From IMG/VR virus record IMGVR_UViG_2585427757_000009: a stretch of DNA of 9,859 nucleotides, one strand, 5' to 3'. This DNA comes from a virus. Its lineage: Duplodnaviria > Heunggongvirae > Uroviricota > Caudoviricetes. A program made the translations under genes and the position numbers. Below, one piece after another: positions 7,643 to 9,859 of the stretch (position 1 is its first letter; every line of letters begins with the position of its first letter). The notes under the pieces are model-generated. The model was given only the letters and a program-made list of their open reading frames with translations. It made no database searches and had not been told where the DNA came from.

Positions 7643-7677
7643 GTTCAAACTGGAGAGAATTGTACTACAGTTTGAAC
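7643..7677. repeat. Perfect 10-bp inverted repeat with 15-bp spacer, between the ren stop and the emrE Shine-Dalgarno
   Basis: gttcaaactg (7643-7652) and cagtttgaac (7668-7677). Confidence 0.5.
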
Positions 7678-7694
7678 TCAACTCACCTGTTTCA

Positions 7695-7996
7695 TCATTG
7701 TGTACCCATTGATGTTCTTTTATATACCCTCAATACCCGTTTCATCGCGGCACTCTGGCGACACTCCTTAAAAATCAGATTCGTGCTCACCTTTCCTTCC
7801 CGTTCTTCTCTGGTAGCGAACCGGTAATACACCGTTCGCCAGACCTTACCATCAACGACCAGGATTCCTGCCCGGCCATTTTAGCCGCAGCCTGATTTAT
7901 GCTGGTTACGGTTGCGCCTGTTACCGCGGCAACGTCCTGCGCACAGAAGTTCTTATGAGTCCCCAGGTAATGAATAATTGCCTCTTTGCCCGTCAT
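7695..7996 (-). pseudogene. ren: ren-like gene disrupted by an apparent 1-nt deletion (frameshift) near 7871-7876
   Basis: The ATG frame at 7996 gives MTGKEAIIHYLGTHKNFCAQDVAAVTGATVTSINQAAAKMA (lambda Ren-like), then leaves frame. A contiguous second frame encodes GILVVDGKVWRTVYYRFATREEREGKVSTNLIFKECRQSAAMKRVL..., stop at 7695-7697, also Ren-like. Start overlaps the P stop. Confidence 0.65.
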
Positions 7997-8694
7997 ACAC
8001 TTGCTCCTTTCAGCCCAAACTTAGCTTTGATTTCTGCGATCTTCGCCAGAGCCTGTGCACGATTTAGAGGTCTACCGCCCATGACAGGAAGTTGTTTTAC
8101 TGGTTCAGGTATAGCCTCACCACGGTTAATTCGCGCGATCATACAGGACAGTTCATCGGCAGCCTTGCGCCGTAATTCCGCGTCAGTCAGCGCATTGGCT
8201 CGCATGTTCTGGTACAGGTTGGTAACCAGCCAGTAGTGCGCGTTTGATTTCCACGGATAAGACTCTGCATCCGGATACAGCCCGCGCTTCCGGCAATACT
8301 CGTAAACCATATCAACCAGCTCGCTGGCGTTTGGCAGCCCGGCGGTAACGGATGCTTCTTCCCGGCACCAGGCGACAAACTGCCCGGGTGATGGCAGGAA
8401 TGGTCGATTCTGCCGACGGGCTACGCGCATTCCTGCGTTAACCTGTTCCATTGTGGTGATCCCGTTTTCCCGGAAAGCCAGAACCCACTGGCGGCGGATT
8501 TCGTTCAGTTCATTCTGGTCACGGTTAGCCAGGCTCGCCGGGAAAGTTGCCAGTAACTGGCTGAACACACCGTTGATGATCTGCGCTACCTGCTGTACCT
8601 GTGGCTTTTCGTCGTACTGTTCCGGCATGTTGTTGGCGATCCGACGCATCTGCTCACAGTCAAAGTTAACCATTTGTGCGGCGATGTTTTTCAT
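7993..8694 (-). CDS. P: Lambda-type replication protein P (DnaB helicase loader), 233 aa
   Basis: MKNIAAQMVNFDCEQMRRIANNMPEQYDEKPQVQQVAQIINGVFSQLLATFPASLANRDQNE...KAKFGLKGASV is near-identical from memory to lambda P. ATGA overlap with the O stop. Confidence 0.9.
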   Translation of the reverse strand: MKNIAAQMVNFDCEQMRRIANNMPEQYDEKPQVQQVAQIINGVFSQLLATFPASLANRDQNELNEIRRQWVLAFRENGITTMEQVNAGMRVARRQNRPFLPSPGQFVAWCREEASVTAGLPNASELVDMVYEYCRKRGLYPDAESYPWKSNAHYWLVTNLYQNMRANALTDAELRRKAADELSCMIARINRGEAIPEPVKQLPVMGGRPLNRAQALAKIAEIKAKFGLKGASV

Positions 8695-9605
8695 AAATCC
8701 ACCCCATAAATCCAGTCAGTGTTTGTCAGGTCCAGTTTTGATTTTCCGGCTGTCACTCCAGCCTGTTGCTTGTTACGGTTGATTTCGAGTTGGGTCCACT
8801 TGTCACGGAGTTTGGCCGGACTTAGCACGTTACCGGACCAGAAGTTGTCCTGGCATGCCCAGCGGAACAGCACGCACATGTCGCGGTGGTTACGTCCGTC
8901 ACGTTCACGCATCAGGCGGATATCGTTAGCCCACCCTGCAAAATTCGGTTTTCTGGCTGATGGCGCGATGGTCTTCACCATGTCAAACATCCACTCTGCG
9001 GCGGTCAGGTCTTCTGCTGTCCCCCACTTGCTGCCGCTCTGAATTGCAGCATCCGGTTTCACCACAGGAAGATCGTTTTCTGGTTGGTCAGAGGATTCGC
9101 CAGAATTCTCGGACGAAAAAGGTTTTATATTGTCTTTTGTTAGTTTGTCTTTTGTGTTTACCTGATTCGGGTAAACGCCTTTACCTGATTTGGGTAAACT
9201 TTTTTTACCTGATTCAGGTAAATTTACCTCTTTCAGGTAAACTTTATTTTTCTTACCTGATTCGGGTAATGTTGACCATTCACTGACCACATTATTAATG
9301 CCGGTATTCCGCCCGCTCTGAATAAAAATCCCACGCTTTACCAGAACACTTTTTGCAGCAGAACACTTGTGCGGCAATATCCCGGTTAATTCGGAAAGTT
9401 GCTCGTTGCTAACCCAATCCAGTTTTTTATTAAAGCCATATGTTTTGCGCATGACAGCCAGAAAGACCAGAAGCTGGTGCTGTGTTAATCCGGCCAGCAT
9501 CACAGCTTCCAGCAACTCATTTGCAATGCGCGTATAACCATCATTGTCAGCGCCAATGATATAAGACAGTAATTCACCATTTGGATTGTCCGCTCCACCC
9601 AACAT
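8691..9605 (-). CDS. O: Lambdoid replication initiator O, 304 aa; lambda-like C-terminal (P-interaction) domain, divergent N-terminal iteron-binding domain
   Basis: C-terminus ...DNFWSGNVLSPAKLRDKWTQLEINRNKQQAGVTAGKSKLDLTNTDWIYGVDL is lambda-O-like. N-terminal region (NDGYTRIANELLEA...) has O architecture but different sequence. Iterons lie inside the gene. Confidence 0.85.
   Translation of the reverse strand: MLGGADNPNGELLSYIIGADNDGYTRIANELLEAVMLAGLTQHQLLVFLAVMRKTYGFNKKLDWVSNEQLSELTGILPHKCSAAKSVLVKRGIFIQSGRNTGINNVVSEWSTLPESGKKNKVYLKEVNLPESGKKSLPKSGKGVYPNQVNTKDKLTKDNIKPFSSENSGESSDQPENDLPVVKPDAAIQSGSKWGTAEDLTAAEWMFDMVKTIAPSARKPNFAGWANDIRLMRERDGRNHRDMCVLFRWACQDNFWSGNVLSPAKLRDKWTQLEINRNKQQAGVTAGKSKLDLTNTDWIYGVDL
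9158..9269. repeat. Replication origin iterons: five copies of a ~17-bp dyad-symmetric repeat (consensus TTACCTGATTCGGGTAA) inside O, flanked by an AT-rich stretch (9121-9157)
   Basis: Copies at 9158-9174, 9181-9197, 9205-9221, 9224-9240 (variant) and 9253-9269, each with TTACC/GGTAA inverted ends. The iterons encode the repeated LPESGKK linker of O. Confidence 0.75.
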
Positions 9606-9859
9606 GTTGTTTCCTTAAGGTTCCTACACCACAAAGGGAACACTCATGCTGAGCAGAGAGGATTTTTACATGATAAAGCAAATGCGCCAGCAAGGTGCGT
9701 ATATTGTTGATATTGCCACTCAGGTTGGTTGCTCTGAGCGGACCGTCAGACGGTACCTGAAATACCCGGAACCTCCGGCCAGAAAAACACGCCACAAAAT
9801 GGCCAAACTCAAGCCGTTCATGGACTATATAGATATGCGTCTGGCTGAGAACGTCTGGA
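9606..9859 (+). mobile_element. Left end of an IS21-family insertion sequence (IS100-like), partial; exact terminus not mapped (about 9600-9645)
   Basis: istA-like ORF begins at 9646. The preceding ~40 bp carries repeated GTTCC/GGAAC motifs and starts with TGT (9606), as expected for an IS21-family end. Runs off the window. Confidence 0.6.
9646..9859 (+). CDS. istA: IS21-family transposase IstA, N-terminal 71 codons only (truncated by window end)
   Basis: Hand translation MLSREDFYMIKQMRQQGAYIVDIATQVGCSERTVRRYLKYPEPPARKTRHKMAKLKPFMDYIDMRLAENVW, with an N-terminal helix-turn-helix; matches the IS100/IS21 IstA N-terminus from memory. AAGGGA Shine-Dalgarno upstream. Absent from the ORF track because no stop lies within the window. 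Confidence 0.8.
   Translation, partial: MLSREDFYMIKQMRQQGAYIVDIATQVGCSERTVRRYLKYPEPPARKTRHKMAKLKPFMDYIDMRLAENVW

Noticed and set aside
7628-7681. N-terminal extension of emrE (track ORF 7295..7681, 128 aa)
   Set aside because: The canonical 110-aa EmrE begins at the internal ATG (7627), which has a proper Shine-Dalgarno; the extension has no support. The same reasoning applies to the ybcO (to 3348) and quuD (to 2459, TTG) extensions.
9158-9269. Short direct repeats that could be mistaken for a CRISPR array
   Set aside because: Only five ~17-bp copies with 2-12 bp variable spacing, all inside the O reading frame and internally palindromic; this is the ori iteron layout, not repeat-spacer structure.
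7955-9286. Plus-strand ORFs 7955..8236, 8453..8782, 8719..9042, 8960..9286 and minus-strand 8187..8378 within P and O
   Set aside because: All overlap the near-lambda-identical P and O genes in other frames; no independent evidence.
9574-9795. 73-aa minus-strand ORF spanning the IS end and the istA 5' region
   Set aside because: Antisense to the clearly recognisable IstA N-terminus and crosses the IS boundary; most likely spurious.

Overview
The window reads as the early-right/nin/late-junction region of a DLP12-type lambdoid prophage of E. coli or Shigella, in inverted orientation; almost all genes are on the minus strand. Identifications are from memory of protein families, not from a database search. 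From high to low coordinates: a partial IS21-family element (istA 5' end) abutting the start of replication gene O; O with five internal ori iterons; P; a frameshifted ren; emrE (SMR efflux); a YbcK-like large serine recombinase in a visibly AT-rich block; two cargo ORFs (107 aa unknown, 260 aa with an N-terminal HNH nuclease motif) where, as I recall, K-12 DLP12 carries ybcL-ybcM; the conserved ybcN-ninE-ybcO-rusA chain; a 40-aa ORF; the Q-like antiterminator quuD; an intact NmpC/Lc-type porin on the plus strand; and the 5' end of an S21-type holin. The most interesting candidate is the low-GC cargo block (serine recombinase plus the HNH-domain protein and its small neighbour), whose function cannot be settled from sequence alone. 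No tRNA, rRNA or CRISPR array was seen. GC statements are by eye, not computed.
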